IMG/VR virus record: IMGVR_UViG_3300028920_000001
Coordinates: 124,001 to 188,000 of that record
DNA length: 64,000 nucleotides
Strand: one strand, 5' to 3'
In this document: one piece after another, positions 16,415 through 25,603 of the stretch
Numbering within the stretch: the first letter of the stretch is position 1
Layout of the letters: every line of letters begins with the position of its first letter
Program-made: the position numbers and the translations under genes
The notes under the pieces: model-generated
Database searches by the model: none
What the model was told of the DNA's origin: nothing
Seen by the model: only the letters and a program-made list of their open reading frames with translations

Positions 16415-17059
16415 CTATGATCGTAACATTACAATCGTGCCCATTTTAGTTCCTGAATGATCCCCGGTCCCATTATACTCGTAATATTGTTCATTAAAAG
16501 GAATCCATTTCTGATAAGCCCACCAGGGAATTTTCTTTCCAAGTCTGGTAATAAAATCATCAATAGAAGAGCGATGGCTATAACAAGAGAGTACCACGTT
16601 AGCGATGAAAAGAATTGGAGTCTCTTCTACTCGAGAAAGTAATCGAAAAATCTTCGCAAATTGGTTAGCAGCTTCAGTCGGCATATTTACAGAATCGAAA
16701 TTGACTGCCGCTGGATTAAATTCTCTAGTATGCTTATGATTCAACATAACTTCATAAAAATCTCCTTGCCAGAAATGTCCTTGAGGAAGAGACATATTTT
16801 CTAAATGAATATCAGGATTGATTTCTACTCCATTAAACTGTTCAGGTTTAATCAGACCAGACTTAATTAATTGATCAAATTCAGTACCTGAACCAATTGA
16901 TCTTCCGCACAATGTCCAGTATTGACGATTCTCAGGAATTTTATTTCCAAACACCTGATGGATTGTATCAATAATAGTATCATCCCGTGTTCTAATTTTA
17001 CGAGGATGATTCCAGGTTTTATCTGGAAGCGAAATTCCTAGGCGGCTATGCGGCGACAT
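16415..17059 (-). CDS. hypothetical protein, possibly SAM-dependent methyltransferase fold
   Basis: GVEINP, GDF and VNFD segments resemble Rossmann MTase motifs; weak. Confidence 0.45.
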   Translation of the reverse strand: MSPHSRLGISLPDKTWNHPRKIRTRDDTIIDTIHQVFGNKIPENRQYWTLCGRSIGSGTEFDQLIKSGLIKPEQFNGVEINPDIHLENMSLPQGHFWQGDFYEVMLNHKHTREFNPAAVNFDSVNMPTEAANQFAKIFRLLSRVEETPILFIANVVLSCYSHRSSIDDFITRLGKKIPWWAYQKWIPFNEQYYEYNGTGDHSGTKMGTIVMLRS

Positions 17060-17552
17060 TTTCTCTACTACAAATGGGACACCACTTTTCTTTAGCTTCG
17101 TTTAGAGTTGCTTTCCATTGATGACCCTCAGAGCATTTCCATTCAAATTTTTTAGTATTAAGAAAACGTTTAAAATCAGAATTAGAAACAGTTAAACAAT
17201 TACCTTTAAAACTTTTAGCGATTTTGTGACATTCCAATAAACTAGATGCTCTATTATCACAATAAGGGCAGCATATTTTACCACTTTTAATTAGGATTTG
17301 CATATAACTATAATTTTCGGACCATTGATGACCCTCAGAGCATTTCCATTTCAAATTTTCAGTACGATTTGTATATATAGTACTTAAACATTTCCCATTA
17401 AAATTTGTCGCTAATTTCTTACAGTCTTGAATTGTTATTTTACGCCAACATATCGGACACCATGATCCCTGTTTAATACTAGAATATAGTGCTTTCCATT
17501 CGTGACCTTTAGCACAACGCCATCTGAGTTTAGTATTACTGCTTATTTTCAT
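17046..17552 (-). CDS. zinc-ribbon repeat protein (3 x WxCxxGHxW...WCPxC)
   Basis: WRCAKGHEW, WKCSEGHQW x2. Confidence 0.85.
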   Translation of the reverse strand: MKISSNTKLRWRCAKGHEWKALYSSIKQGSWCPICWRKITIQDCKKLATNFNGKCLSTIYTNRTENLKWKCSEGHQWSENYSYMQILIKSGKICCPYCDNRASSLLECHKIAKSFKGNCLTVSNSDFKRFLNTKKFEWKCSEGHQWKATLNEAKEKWCPICSRENVAA

Positions 17553-17673
17553 CAGGAGATTTTCCTACAAATATCTTTTTAGCGCAATATGGGCACCATC
17601 TTCCTCGTTTTATGCTATTGTAAGTGGCTTTCCATTCATGACCCTTATTACAACGCCATTTTTTAGTTTTCAT
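17536..17673 (-). CDS. single zinc-ribbon repeat (45 aa)
   Basis: MKTKKWRCNKGHEWKATYNSIKRGRWCPYC. Confidence 0.5.
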   Translation of the reverse strand: MKTKKWRCNKGHEWKATYNSIKRGRWCPYCAKKIFVGKSPDENKQ

Positions 17674-17704
17674 TTCTGGAAAATACAGCAAACATGACTC
17701 AATT

Positions 17705-17886
17705 TCCGTCTAGGCGACCTTCTTCCTAGAACAGATTTGACACCAGTTTCCATGACTATCCATTCATGACCTTCATCACAGCGCCTTAATAGCAGAATTT
17801 ATTTTTAATATGACTATGTGTGGCTCTCCATTCATGACCTTTGGCACAGCGCCATTTTAATTTAGTGATAGTGCTATTTATTTCAT
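17705..17886 (-). pseudogene. two frameshifted zinc-ribbon repeats
   Basis: WRCAKGHEW, RCDEGHEW and WCQICSRKKVA* readable only across frameshifts. Confidence 0.65.
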
Positions 17887-18266
17887 TAAGCGACTTTCTT
17901 TGCATTATTTCTTCCTACTTTATAGGATGGATAAATTAATCGATGGCATCTTCCACATGTACAAATCGGACACCAAACTCCGGATTTAACACTAATGTAT
18001 GATGCTCGAAATTTATGCCCTTTACTACATTCCCAAACCGTTTTATTATATCCAACGTAGTGAATTTTCTTACTCAAACATTTTCCATCATATCTTGCAG
18101 CTAATAAGTTATAATCATCAGTTGTCTTTTTCTTATTACCTGCACAAATACGGCACCACGAACCTTGCTGAATCATATTATAAGTAGCCGTCCATCTATG
18201 GCCTTTGGCACAGCGCCATTTTAATTTAGTATCACTTTTTATTTTCATTTCTTTTCCTAACTTCAT
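17886..18266 (-). CDS. zinc-ribbon repeat protein (2 repeats)
   Basis: WRCAKGHRW...WCRIC; WECSKGHKF...WCPIC. Confidence 0.8.
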   Translation of the reverse strand: MKLGKEMKIKSDTKLKWRCAKGHRWTATYNMIQQGSWCRICAGNKKKTTDDYNLLAARYDGKCLSKKIHYVGYNKTVWECSKGHKFRASYISVKSGVWCPICTCGRCHRLIYPSYKVGRNNAKKVA

Positions 18267-18377
18267 ACACTTTTTAGCAATAGAAATCTTTTTTCCATTT
18301 TCAATACGCGCACAATATCGACACCAAGTTCCTCCTTTGATGCTTGATTATTCTACCAGAATAAACAGGGCACCAAC

Positions 18378-20207
18378 TTATATAGATATTCCTAGACATT
18401 CACCACCTCGTTCTTTAGCTAACGCTTGACAATCTTCGAATGTGATACAACGATTAGGGATTACTGCACGAATATCTCTAAATGTATAACCACCAACTTT
18501 TCCAGAAGTGTAACGAAGTAAAGCTTTGAACGGATTTTGAACTTCTTCAAGTAATTCAATATTAATAGTTTTTACGTCAATACCCTTCTTCTTGATTGTT
18601 TTACGGCACCACTCATACCATAATTGATCACGAACAAGCTTAGCATACTTAATTTGAATATCCCTTTCTTTTAATTCATCAACTACAATTTCAAGAAGTA
18701 GCTTCTTTAATTGAACTTTATCCATGTTTTCAACATGATGATTCTTAATTTGATCAATAATATTCACTCGAAATGCATGTTGATCATTGGAATCAGGAAG
18801 CAAATCTTGCAATTTAGTAAGAGTTTTTACTTGTCTCCCAGTCTTTTTCCCTCGCTTAGTCTTAAAGGCAATCTTAAGTGGACAAAATACGTTTTCCAAC
18901 ATCATGGAACATAGGACTGCTTTAAGCCAGTCATTTAAATCGGATCGATGTTGCTCTTTCTTAGCCTGGTTGAAAGTAAATGGAAGTAAGTGAATTAAAC
19001 GAATCTTTTTTTTACCAGGAAAATCGCGCATTAATCTTCCCAATTTTTGAATAATTCCTGGCAAAGAATAACGAGGACCAATTACCACTGCTGTATCAGC
19101 TCGTTTCCAATTGGCTCCCTCCTCCATCATGTTCATAGTAAAGATAGCATTTACGTCTAAATTCGGATCTTCAATTAGTCGCTGTTTACGCTCCTCACGG
19201 CCTTGCTCATGTACTAAATCTAAATCAGTCCAATCTCTCCATAATTCACCACGAATCGATTCTACATCATAAGTCTTAGTGCCTAATGAAGCTGCTTGGC
19301 CAGTCTTTGGAATATAAAAAATGACTCTATTATCTTTAGTAAGTAATCCTTCTTTAATTAAATGAGCAATGGCTTTGTGATGCAGTCCATCATATAAAGC
19401 GAAATCGTATGAAAGATACTGAATTTGCAATGTATCGAAATATTTATCAAATGGATAGTCATATCGACTAAAATTATCGTATTGTTTATCCGTTAAAATT
19501 TCAACTCGATCACCTCGAGCATAAGTAGCAGTGGTCATAGTTATACCAATGCCATGCTTAATAGCATAACTGGTTAAAACGCCAAGCTGATTTTTAACTG
19601 GAATTCCATGAATAGTCTCACCATTCTGAATATGATGGGCTTCATCAATAAATAAATGAATATCACTAAATAGGTGACTCTTCTCCTGTTGTTGCAAGAT
19701 CTGAAATGCTCTAACCAAAGCTGAATGGGTACAAACCAGAGTTGGATCTTCTTCAGGCATTCTTAAAAAGTTGAGGATCTTACTAATAACTTGATTGACT
19801 TCAACATCACATAAATTATTTGAAACGTCCCAATTGTACTCTGGACAACCCGGGAGTTTTAAAGTCAATTCTTCAATAAAACCGCTGGCAATTACATCTT
19901 GTGGAACTGCTATAATTGCTCGTCTAAATTGCTTCTTTTGCAGACCATAAGCAGCCAGACAACAAACCTCAATTGTCTTTCCGCTGCCGGTCGGCATGTT
20001 GATGATTCGATACTTCTTTTTCTTCAAAGAGTCAAAACACTCACGCTGGCAATCTCGAGGGGATACCCATCCCTTTCGTTTAGGACCAAAGTCCAATTGA
20101 AGAGGATACGGGATTTTTAGTCCGGGTGCCCGTTTTGATCGAATCAAAACGACATTCGGTTTAACATCAACTTCCGTTTGCATACTTTCCCATGGTCTGA
20201 TGGGCAC
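18378..20207 (-). CDS. SF2 (DEAD/DEAH, Res-III-like) helicase
   Basis: PTGSGKT, IDEAHH, TAT, EGANW, QKLGRLMR motifs; C-terminus begins a zinc-ribbon-type repeat. Confidence 0.88.
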   Translation of the reverse strand: MPIRPWESMQTEVDVKPNVVLIRSKRAPGLKIPYPLQLDFGPKRKGWVSPRDCQRECFDSLKKKKYRIINMPTGSGKTIEVCCLAAYGLQKKQFRRAIIAVPQDVIASGFIEELTLKLPGCPEYNWDVSNNLCDVEVNQVISKILNFLRMPEEDPTLVCTHSALVRAFQILQQQEKSHLFSDIHLFIDEAHHIQNGETIHGIPVKNQLGVLTSYAIKHGIGITMTTATYARGDRVEILTDKQYDNFSRYDYPFDKYFDTLQIQYLSYDFALYDGLHHKAIAHLIKEGLLTKDNRVIFYIPKTGQAASLGTKTYDVESIRGELWRDWTDLDLVHEQGREERKQRLIEDPNLDVNAIFTMNMMEEGANWKRADTAVVIGPRYSLPGIIQKLGRLMRDFPGKKKIRLIHLLPFTFNQAKKEQHRSDLNDWLKAVLCSMMLENVFCPLKIAFKTKRGKKTGRQVKTLTKLQDLLPDSNDQHAFRVNIIDQIKNHHVENMDKVQLKKLLLEIVVDELKERDIQIKYAKLVRDQLWYEWCRKTIKKKGIDVKTINIELLEEVQNPFKALLRYTSGKVGGYTFRDIRAVIPNRCITFEDCQALAKERGGECLGISI

Positions 20208-20331
20208 GCCATGCCGCTACCGTTTGACGAGGAACTAACAGAGATTCAGCTACTTCTTCAGCAGTCAATCCCTGGTTTAGCAAACTAAGAGCCACATTAC
20301 GTAGGTATACCTTGAGCTCAGACTCTGACAT
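20167..20331 (-). CDS. small HTH DNA-binding protein
   Basis: GLTAEEVAESLLVPRQTVAAW; start MSESE after AGGAGA. Confidence 0.7.
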   Translation of the reverse strand: MSESELKVYLRNVALSLLNQGLTAEEVAESLLVPRQTVAAWRAHQTMGKYANGS

Positions 20332-20353
20332 GTTGATTCTCCTGTTGATTAGG

Positions 20354-20380
20354 ATTATGAGTTGGATTTGCAAATTTACG
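20354..20380 (-). promoter_or_regulatory. phage promoter-like motif (divergent pair, left)
   Basis: CGTAAA-N13-CTCATAAT. Confidence 0.5.
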
Positions 20381-20382
20381 AA

Positions 20383-20410
20383 TGCAAATTAGACACTCTA
20401 GAACGTACAC
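20383..20410 (+). promoter_or_regulatory. phage promoter-like motif (divergent pair, right)
   Basis: TGCAAA-N13-AACGTACAC, ATG 6 nt downstream. Confidence 0.55.
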
Positions 20411-20416
20411 TGTAGA

Positions 20417-20668
20417 ATGACAAAGGATGAATTAACTGAAGTTCTTGGATATTGTCTTTATCGAGCCAGATTCAGTCCTAAAATTGAAAGAAAAATATCT
20501 GAAAATGTATTTGAAATGGCTTGTGCAAATAACATCACTTGGCGAGACGTAAGAAAACAAGAACAGGGGATGTTTGATTTCTCAAAAGAAGTGTGGCTAG
20601 AAGCAGAAGACTTATACGAAAGATTTGCTCACGGCGATGAAATTATCGAAAGAATTATGCAGTTATGA
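20417..20668 (+). CDS. hypothetical protein, C-terminal motif
   Basis: Ends IIERIMQL*; paralog-like to 20665..20967. Confidence 0.8.
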   Translation: MTKDELTEVLGYCLYRARFSPKIERKISENVFEMACANNITWRDVRKQEQGMFDFSKEVWLEAEDLYERFAHGDEIIERIMQL

Positions 20669-20967
20669 CTAAAGAAGAGCAAGCTCAATCACTTGCTTTT
20701 TGCATGGTGCGGGCCTATCATATTTCTCCTAAAAGTAAAGATGGATGGCCAACCCATGATAATGAAATTTATTGGTATACTCGAGAATCTGCTCTCAAAA
20801 TAGCCCGAAATCTTAGTATTCCTTGGACCAAAATTATGAAGGAATATACTAATACTTGCGCTTTAACTTATGATAAATTATCCAAGGATCAAATTCAGGA
20901 ATCCGAAGCCTTTTGGCCTGATGTGGCCCATCCCGATTTAATTATCGGAGAAGTCATGGAATCGTAA
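20665..20967 (+). CDS. hypothetical protein, C-terminal motif
   Basis: Ends IIGEVMES*. Confidence 0.8.
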   Translation: MTKEEQAQSLAFCMVRAYHISPKSKDGWPTHDNEIYWYTRESALKIARNLSIPWTKIMKEYTNTCALTYDKLSKDQIQESEAFWPDVAHPDLIIGEVMES

Positions 20968-21249
20968 AAGCGGTAGAGTTGCAATGTAAAATCTTTACAG
21001 CAATTCAGCATAACTATCGAGAATGTAAGATTATAATGCTATTCAGACGACACAAAGATCTGAACACAGCAGCCCTTTTATGGGTTAAAATTAGGGAAGC
21101 AATTGGAATAAGATATGGTCCAGATATTTGAATCTAAGATGACCTATCCTACAGACAACGATTAATTCCAAAATCATATTCTCTCAGGAGAAAATATCTC
21201 CTGCCATATCAATATCCCAACCTAGAAAATTGCCACCCAAGGAAAAGAA

Positions 21250-21783
21250 ATGAACGATCAAGCTGAACAAGCCGTTGAGAATCAGAATGAATCTGCAGCA
21301 AAGGAGCCTGAAAACGAAGATCGTGCTCCGTTTGAAGATGATGTCCTTTTGGAGGAAATGGTAAGAGCATTAGTTACTTATCCAGAAGATGTTGAAGTCA
21401 AACAAACTATAGATGGTGAACGGAAAGAACTCATGGTCTATTGTAATTCCGATGATGTCGGAAAGGTCATTGGAAAACATGGACGTGTAGTCAATATGAT
21501 CAATGATTTCTTCGGAGTAATTGGATTCCGAAATGGATATCAGGTTACCGTTCAGGTCCAAGGAGATACCAACTTCTTCCGGAAGAATCCTGGAGTGCGT
21601 CCTCCCCAGCAACGCCATCCTGCACCATATCCACCGCAGCAGCAGCCTCCTTATTACCCACCTCCTCAAGCTTATGGGTATCCTCCTCCAGGTCCTCCGC
21701 CACAACGTCATTATCGCCGTCAACCCCAGGTAGAGTACCAGGGAAGACAAAATGGTGGTGGCTTCCGAAGGAATAACGACTAG
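21250..21783 (+). CDS. KhpA-like KH-domain RNA-binding protein with P/Q/Y-rich tail
   Basis: LVTYPEDVEV...DDVGKVIGKHGR (GxxG loop); low-complexity C-terminus. Confidence 0.85.
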   Translation: MNDQAEQAVENQNESAAKEPENEDRAPFEDDVLLEEMVRALVTYPEDVEVKQTIDGERKELMVYCNSDDVGKVIGKHGRVVNMINDFFGVIGFRNGYQVTVQVQGDTNFFRKNPGVRPPQQRHPAPYPPQQQPPYYPPPQAYGYPPPGPPPQRHYRRQPQVEYQGRQNGGGFRRNND

Positions 21784-22099
21784 TTACCTCCTTAAGAGGA
21801 TTCTTGGCTGGTATGCCGATTCTAGAAATTGGGTACCAGCCAAGAAACCTGAATTTAGCCTGACTAGGCCAAATCGAGTAATTCAAAAAGATAAAACTCG
21901 ATTCGCCCGATTGGCGCTCGAGACCCAATCAACTGGGCAATTGATCTCCTTAGTATGTGATGCTTATGGTATATCTTTAACCCATTTAGCTAAACGATCA
22001 AATATATCTCAACCTAGAATGTACGATATTGTAAATGGATGTGAGTTAACAGAAGCCGAATCAGTTTCAATTCGAGGAATTTTTGACATAATTGATTGA
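21752..22099 (+). CDS. XRE-like HTH protein
   Basis: GISLTHLAKRSNISQPRMYDIVNG; start uncertain. Confidence 0.65.
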   Translation: MVVASEGITTSYLLKRILGWYADSRNWVPAKKPEFSLTRPNRVIQKDKTRFARLALETQSTGQLISLVCDAYGISLTHLAKRSNISQPRMYDIVNGCELTEAESVSIRGIFDIID

Positions 22100-22111
22100 T
22101 GAATCAATTTC

Positions 22112-22309
22112 GTGTTATCATACAAGATTACGATGGAGAAAAAAGAGGGAATAGAACTCTCGCCTCTAAGTGAGGAAAGAGTCAAATTGAAGTCGCAGAT
22201 CAAAGAATTGCGTGCAGAGATTGATGCTCAAATCAATCTTCAATCAGTTCAATCCTTGATCAATTCACCTGCTTATGAATTCTTGAGTAAACCACTTAAG
22301 AATTCATAA
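22112..22309 (+). CDS. small coiled-coil protein
   Basis: 65-aa ORF; ERVKLKSQIKELRAEID. Confidence 0.6.
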   Translation: MLSYKITMEKKEGIELSPLSEERVKLKSQIKELRAEIDAQINLQSVQSLINSPAYEFLSKPLKNS

Positions 22310-22583
22310 TCTTATATACAATGAATTGATTGGGATCAAAGAATTCCCTATTAAATTTGTGTACTTCATACACGGGAGGATAATCACAGACTGTGATTCT
22401 AAGCTCCCCTTTATATACAATAACTTGATATTTATTTATATAGGCTTGATTAACTAAAGTCTCGAGTAAATGGGTTAATACAGATTCAGTTTGCCTAATG
22501 TCTTCAAAAATTTGATAGGGTTCATCATATGCTCTACACAAACATCGATATATCTCGTCTTGGAGCTCTATGAAAATAATCAT
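22296..22583 (-). CDS. hypothetical protein, C-terminal motif
   Basis: Ends IVYKIMNS*. Confidence 0.8.
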   Translation of the reverse strand: MIIFIELQDEIYRCLCRAYDEPYQIFEDIRQTESVLTHLLETLVNQAYINKYQVIVYKGELRITVCDYPPVYEVHKFNREFFDPNQFIVYKIMNS

Positions 22584-22759
22584 CTGTCAACTTCAAATTC
22601 CATTCTCCAAAGCCACTCATGAAAGGCTTTAGGCGGTGGTTGATCTTGCATCCACATTTTAGCTAACTTTAAGCAACGAACATGAAAATGAGAAGTGCCA
22701 TGTTCATCCGACACTATCTCTGTCGGCTCTTTTCCTTCACACCATGCACATTTAGGCAT
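22580..22759 (-). CDS. small zinc-finger protein (59 aa, below cutoff)
   Basis: MPKCAWCEG...FHVRC; GGAGG RBS; coupled both sides. Confidence 0.6.
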   Translation of the reverse strand: MPKCAWCEGKEPTEIVSDEHGTSHFHVRCLKLAKMWMQDQPPPKAFHEWLWRMEFEVDR

Positions 22760-22957
22760 TCATTCCTCCATGATCAGTCTAACCAAATTGTCTTCACATT
22801 CAGTTGGGTAAGTAGGAGGAAGCACATCATTGAGTTCATCTCGAATCCAATACTGTGCTTCAATCATGGATTCGATCTGGCACACACTGCATTTTACTTT
22901 GACCTGAAGCGAGCCTGGAGTCGGAGCTAAATCAAAAATCTCCCACTTATGATTCAT
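22760..22957 (-). CDS. small HxW/CxxC zinc protein, C-terminal motif
   Basis: MNHKW...CSVC...EC; ends LVRLIMEE*. Confidence 0.8.
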   Translation of the reverse strand: MNHKWEIFDLAPTPGSLQVKVKCSVCQIESMIEAQYWIRDELNDVLPPTYPTECEDNLVRLIMEE

Positions 22958-23189
22958 GAATTTCTCTAATTAACTGTAAATTACAATCCCCTTCCATATA
23001 CCAATCACAGTGAACAGTGTTATCCTCAAGCCTATTGGCTACTGTCCAAACTTCGGCACCACAATTTTCACATTGAACTTTATAAATAGTTTCTATTGCA
23101 TTTGCTTTTGGGTATTTAGGACTAATGCCACAATATGGAATTGATCCACCTTCATTTACCTGTTCTAGAATTTTCCAGTCATGTTTCAC
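22947..23189 (-). CDS. small HxW/CxxC zinc protein, variant motif
   Basis: (M)KHDW...CENCG...DC; ends LIREIHES*; start moved to GTG 23189. Confidence 0.7.
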   Translation of the reverse strand: MKHDWKILEQVNEGGSIPYCGISPKYPKANAIETIYKVQCENCGAEVWTVANRLEDNTVHCDWYMEGDCNLQLIREIHES

Positions 23190-23439
23190 GAGTTCGATTC
23201 CAGTCAAATTCTGCGTCTTCCGCTTCGATTTCTTCAATTCCTTTAATGGCAGCATCAGCAAGTGCTACTGCCGATTCAGCACAACTATAGGAATGCTCAT
23301 TAGCCAGGTCGGATCGAGCTTTACCTTGCCCCATTTGCCAACTAGCTCGATACAGACCATCGATGTCAGCTACAAAGGCGGCAGCAAAAGTGGCATTCCA
23401 GATTGCCTGTTTCCTTTGTTCATCCATGATTACCCACAA
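23179..23439 (-). CDS. Ala-rich helical protein
   Basis: 86-aa ORF; start likely MDEQRK. Confidence 0.7.
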   Translation of the reverse strand: MWVIMDEQRKQAIWNATFAAAFVADIDGLYRASWQMGQGKARSDLANEHSYSCAESAVALADAAIKGIEEIEAEDAEFDWNRTRET

Positions 23440-23998
23440 CTTCAGGATCTGAATCGTCTGGAATTAAAGTTCTTTCCACCATTCCCTCAGAGGCTAAAGC
23501 AATCATCAAAAAATCAACAACTTCTTCTAACTCATCTCCTGAATCCTCCATGAGGAGTTTGCCATCGACCCAGATTTTCTGCCTAATCAAATTGTCGATT
23601 CGAGTTTGGATTTCATCCTTTGGGGTTTTAGTAAATTCACTAATTTTATCTACATCATCTTGGAAATACATAAGCATACTAAAAAGCGTGACTAATGCGT
23701 CAAATCCCAATTCTCCAGGATTAGCTAACTCTAAAGCTAATCCATGTACGTAGCCAAGATTAGGGGAAGATTGCAAACAAGCAAAACAACGATGTTTTCC
23801 ATCAACCTTCATCATGCAATGCTCATGAGCCCACTGTTCACATCCCCGGCAGAATCTTCTATATCTAGCATAGGGTTCAGGTTGTTCAATGGTAGGATCA
23901 AGATCTGCACTATAATAAACAGTTGTTCCACATACCGGACATTCTGGATATGGAGCGACTATGATTGGTCTGCCGTCTGATCCTTTAGTATATACCAT
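23420..23998 (-). CDS. protein with PHD-like C4HC3 finger and helical C-terminal domain
   Basis: CPVC...CRGCEQWAHEHC...CFAC. Confidence 0.7.
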   Translation of the reverse strand: MVYTKGSDGRPIIVAPYPECPVCGTTVYYSADLDPTIEQPEPYARYRRFCRGCEQWAHEHCMMKVDGKHRCFACLQSSPNLGYVHGLALELANPGELGFDALVTLFSMLMYFQDDVDKISEFTKTPKDEIQTRIDNLIRQKIWVDGKLLMEDSGDELEEVVDFLMIALASEGMVERTLIPDDSDPEVVGNHG

Positions 23999-24007
23999 AT
24001 ATTTCTT

Positions 24008-24796
24008 TCATATTGTATATATACTTGAATAAATAACACCTTTTTTAGCGAAACCAAGAAATCCATCATCTTTCGCCCGTTTTTCAAATTCCTCATTCAC
24101 ATTATCTTGATAATGAGTTAACAACATCTTAGCTTTAATTTCATCTGGCAAAGTTTTAAGCTGGTCATAATGGGCATGAACACCCGATTGATAAGGAGCC
24201 GTTTCACAATCATGAATAATCAAATCAGCTTCCTGATAAAAAGCCTTCATTGAAGTCTCTGGTGCAAACTGAACATCGGTCGTAATATAAATTCGCTTAC
24301 CGCTATCCGGGTCTGTGAACATCAGTCCGTAAGAATCAACTAAGGTATATTTAGCAGTGATATGAACAGATTGCACTAAGAAGAATTCAATTCCTTCCCA
24401 AATAAAGGATTCATCTTTCCAGATCACGGGAGCATCAAAATACGTCTCGAGAGTGGCATCCACACCCTGAAGTCCTTCAAGTCCACCTTTTAAAGTGTGG
24501 TCCCATAAATCAAGTAACAATTGCCGTTCAGCAAAAAACTTCGGCTTACCCTGGTATCGAGGATCAAAATAACTCCCAAAAGCCAGCCATTCCACACCGC
24601 CACAATGATCAGCATGGGCATGGGAAATATAAACTGCGTCAATATCTAAATAAGTGAGTCCAGCTTCTTTGACAGAGAACCGAGCATCAGTGCCGCAGTC
24701 CACCATCATGTTTTTACCGTTTCGCTTAATAAGATAATTGGTCTGAAAATTATTTAAACAAAAAGCACTTCCGGTTCCAAGGGCGTAGATTTCCAT
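24008..24796 (-). CDS. metallo-beta-lactamase fold hydrolase (RNase Z-like)
   Basis: LGTGSA, VDCG, SHAHADH, TTD, IHDC, H, THY motifs. Confidence 0.9.
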   Translation of the reverse strand: MEIYALGTGSAFCLNNFQTNYLIKRNGKNMMVDCGTDARFSVKEAGLTYLDIDAVYISHAHADHCGGVEWLAFGSYFDPRYQGKPKFFAERQLLLDLWDHTLKGGLEGLQGVDATLETYFDAPVIWKDESFIWEGIEFFLVQSVHITAKYTLVDSYGLMFTDPDSGKRIYITTDVQFAPETSMKAFYQEADLIIHDCETAPYQSGVHAHYDQLKTLPDEIKAKMLLTHYQDNVNEEFEKRAKDDGFLGFAKKGVIYSSIYTI

Positions 24797-24804
24797 GATT
24801 TAGT

Positions 24805-25104
24805 TTACATCTCCATGAGCGTAGCCACTTCAACTTCATCTAAATCCACTAGTTCAAATTCATCATGATGATAAGCTGAATCACCTATCCAGTAAGGAAC
24901 AATAGCCCTGATAATAAACCAATTACAATCGCAAGTCTTGCCTTTACATTTTTTACAAACCCCATAGGTAGGACGTTTTTCAATATCAATAATCTTCCCG
25001 TATACTTGTTGCTCAAAAGCAATATTATCAAAATGTTTGCTGGGATCCTTAACTCTAACTGTTTGACGAACCCACCTTCGATACAATGGTGATACAAGTT
25101 TCAT
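24805..25104 (-). CDS. hypothetical protein, C-terminal motif
   Basis: CKKC..C.C; ends EVATLMEM*. Confidence 0.75.
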   Translation of the reverse strand: MKLVSPLYRRWVRQTVRVKDPSKHFDNIAFEQQVYGKIIDIEKRPTYGVCKKCKGKTCDCNWFIIRAIVPYWIGDSAYHHDEFELVDLDEVEVATLMEM

Positions 25105-25406
25105 TCTTCCATCACCTCAGCCACATATTGTGCATCATGCCAAGCAATCCAATTTCGAGGATTATTTATGACATCTGTTTCTTTGGTCCAAAATTCCTCC
25201 CATAATTTAGCAGCCTCAAGTAAAATGGTCCGCCGTTCTTCCCAAGTTAAGTCCTCTTTGATGCTTAAAGTTTCTTTAGGGTAAGCTTCAGGTCGATGCC
25301 TTAACACTTCATAAATACGACAAGAAGCATTCGGACTAAATTCAATTGTTACTAAGTATGACTCTAAATGTGATCTAATCCACAAGAATTTTTGAAAAAT
25401 TCTCAC
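25101..25406 (-). CDS. hypothetical protein, C-terminal motif
   Basis: Ends YVAEVMEE*. Confidence 0.75.
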   Translation of the reverse strand: MRIFQKFLWIRSHLESYLVTIEFSPNASCRIYEVLRHRPEAYPKETLSIKEDLTWEERRTILLEAAKLWEEFWTKETDVINNPRNWIAWHDAQYVAEVMEE

Positions 25407-25603
25407 GATTGCATCACCTTAGCTACTTCAACTTCTTCTTTAGAAACTATTCTGATTTCATTTTCCCCTAAATTAACAGAACTTCCATTAGAAAGAATAA
25501 CTTCATGGTAACTAATAGTATATCCACGTTCATCTGACATTACTAAGCCATATGAACCACAATCCACTCCACAGGTTACTTTGATATAATCACCCTTCTT
25601 CAT
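25403..25603 (-). CDS. small KOW/SH3-like protein, C-terminal motif
   Basis: MKKGDYIKVT.G...YGLV; ends EVAKVMQS*. Confidence 0.75.
   Translation of the reverse strand: MKKGDYIKVTCGVDCGSYGLVMSDERGYTISYHEVILSNGSSVNLGENEIRIVSKEEVEVAKVMQS

Noticed and set aside
6370-16449. ORF-track ORFs overlapping RNA genes (6370..6612, 7338..7715, 10831..11349, 15490..15708, 15807..16024, 16050..16449)
   Set aside because: They coincide with tRNAs or structured RNA, or are antisense in-frame shadows, and have no protein-like motifs or RBS.
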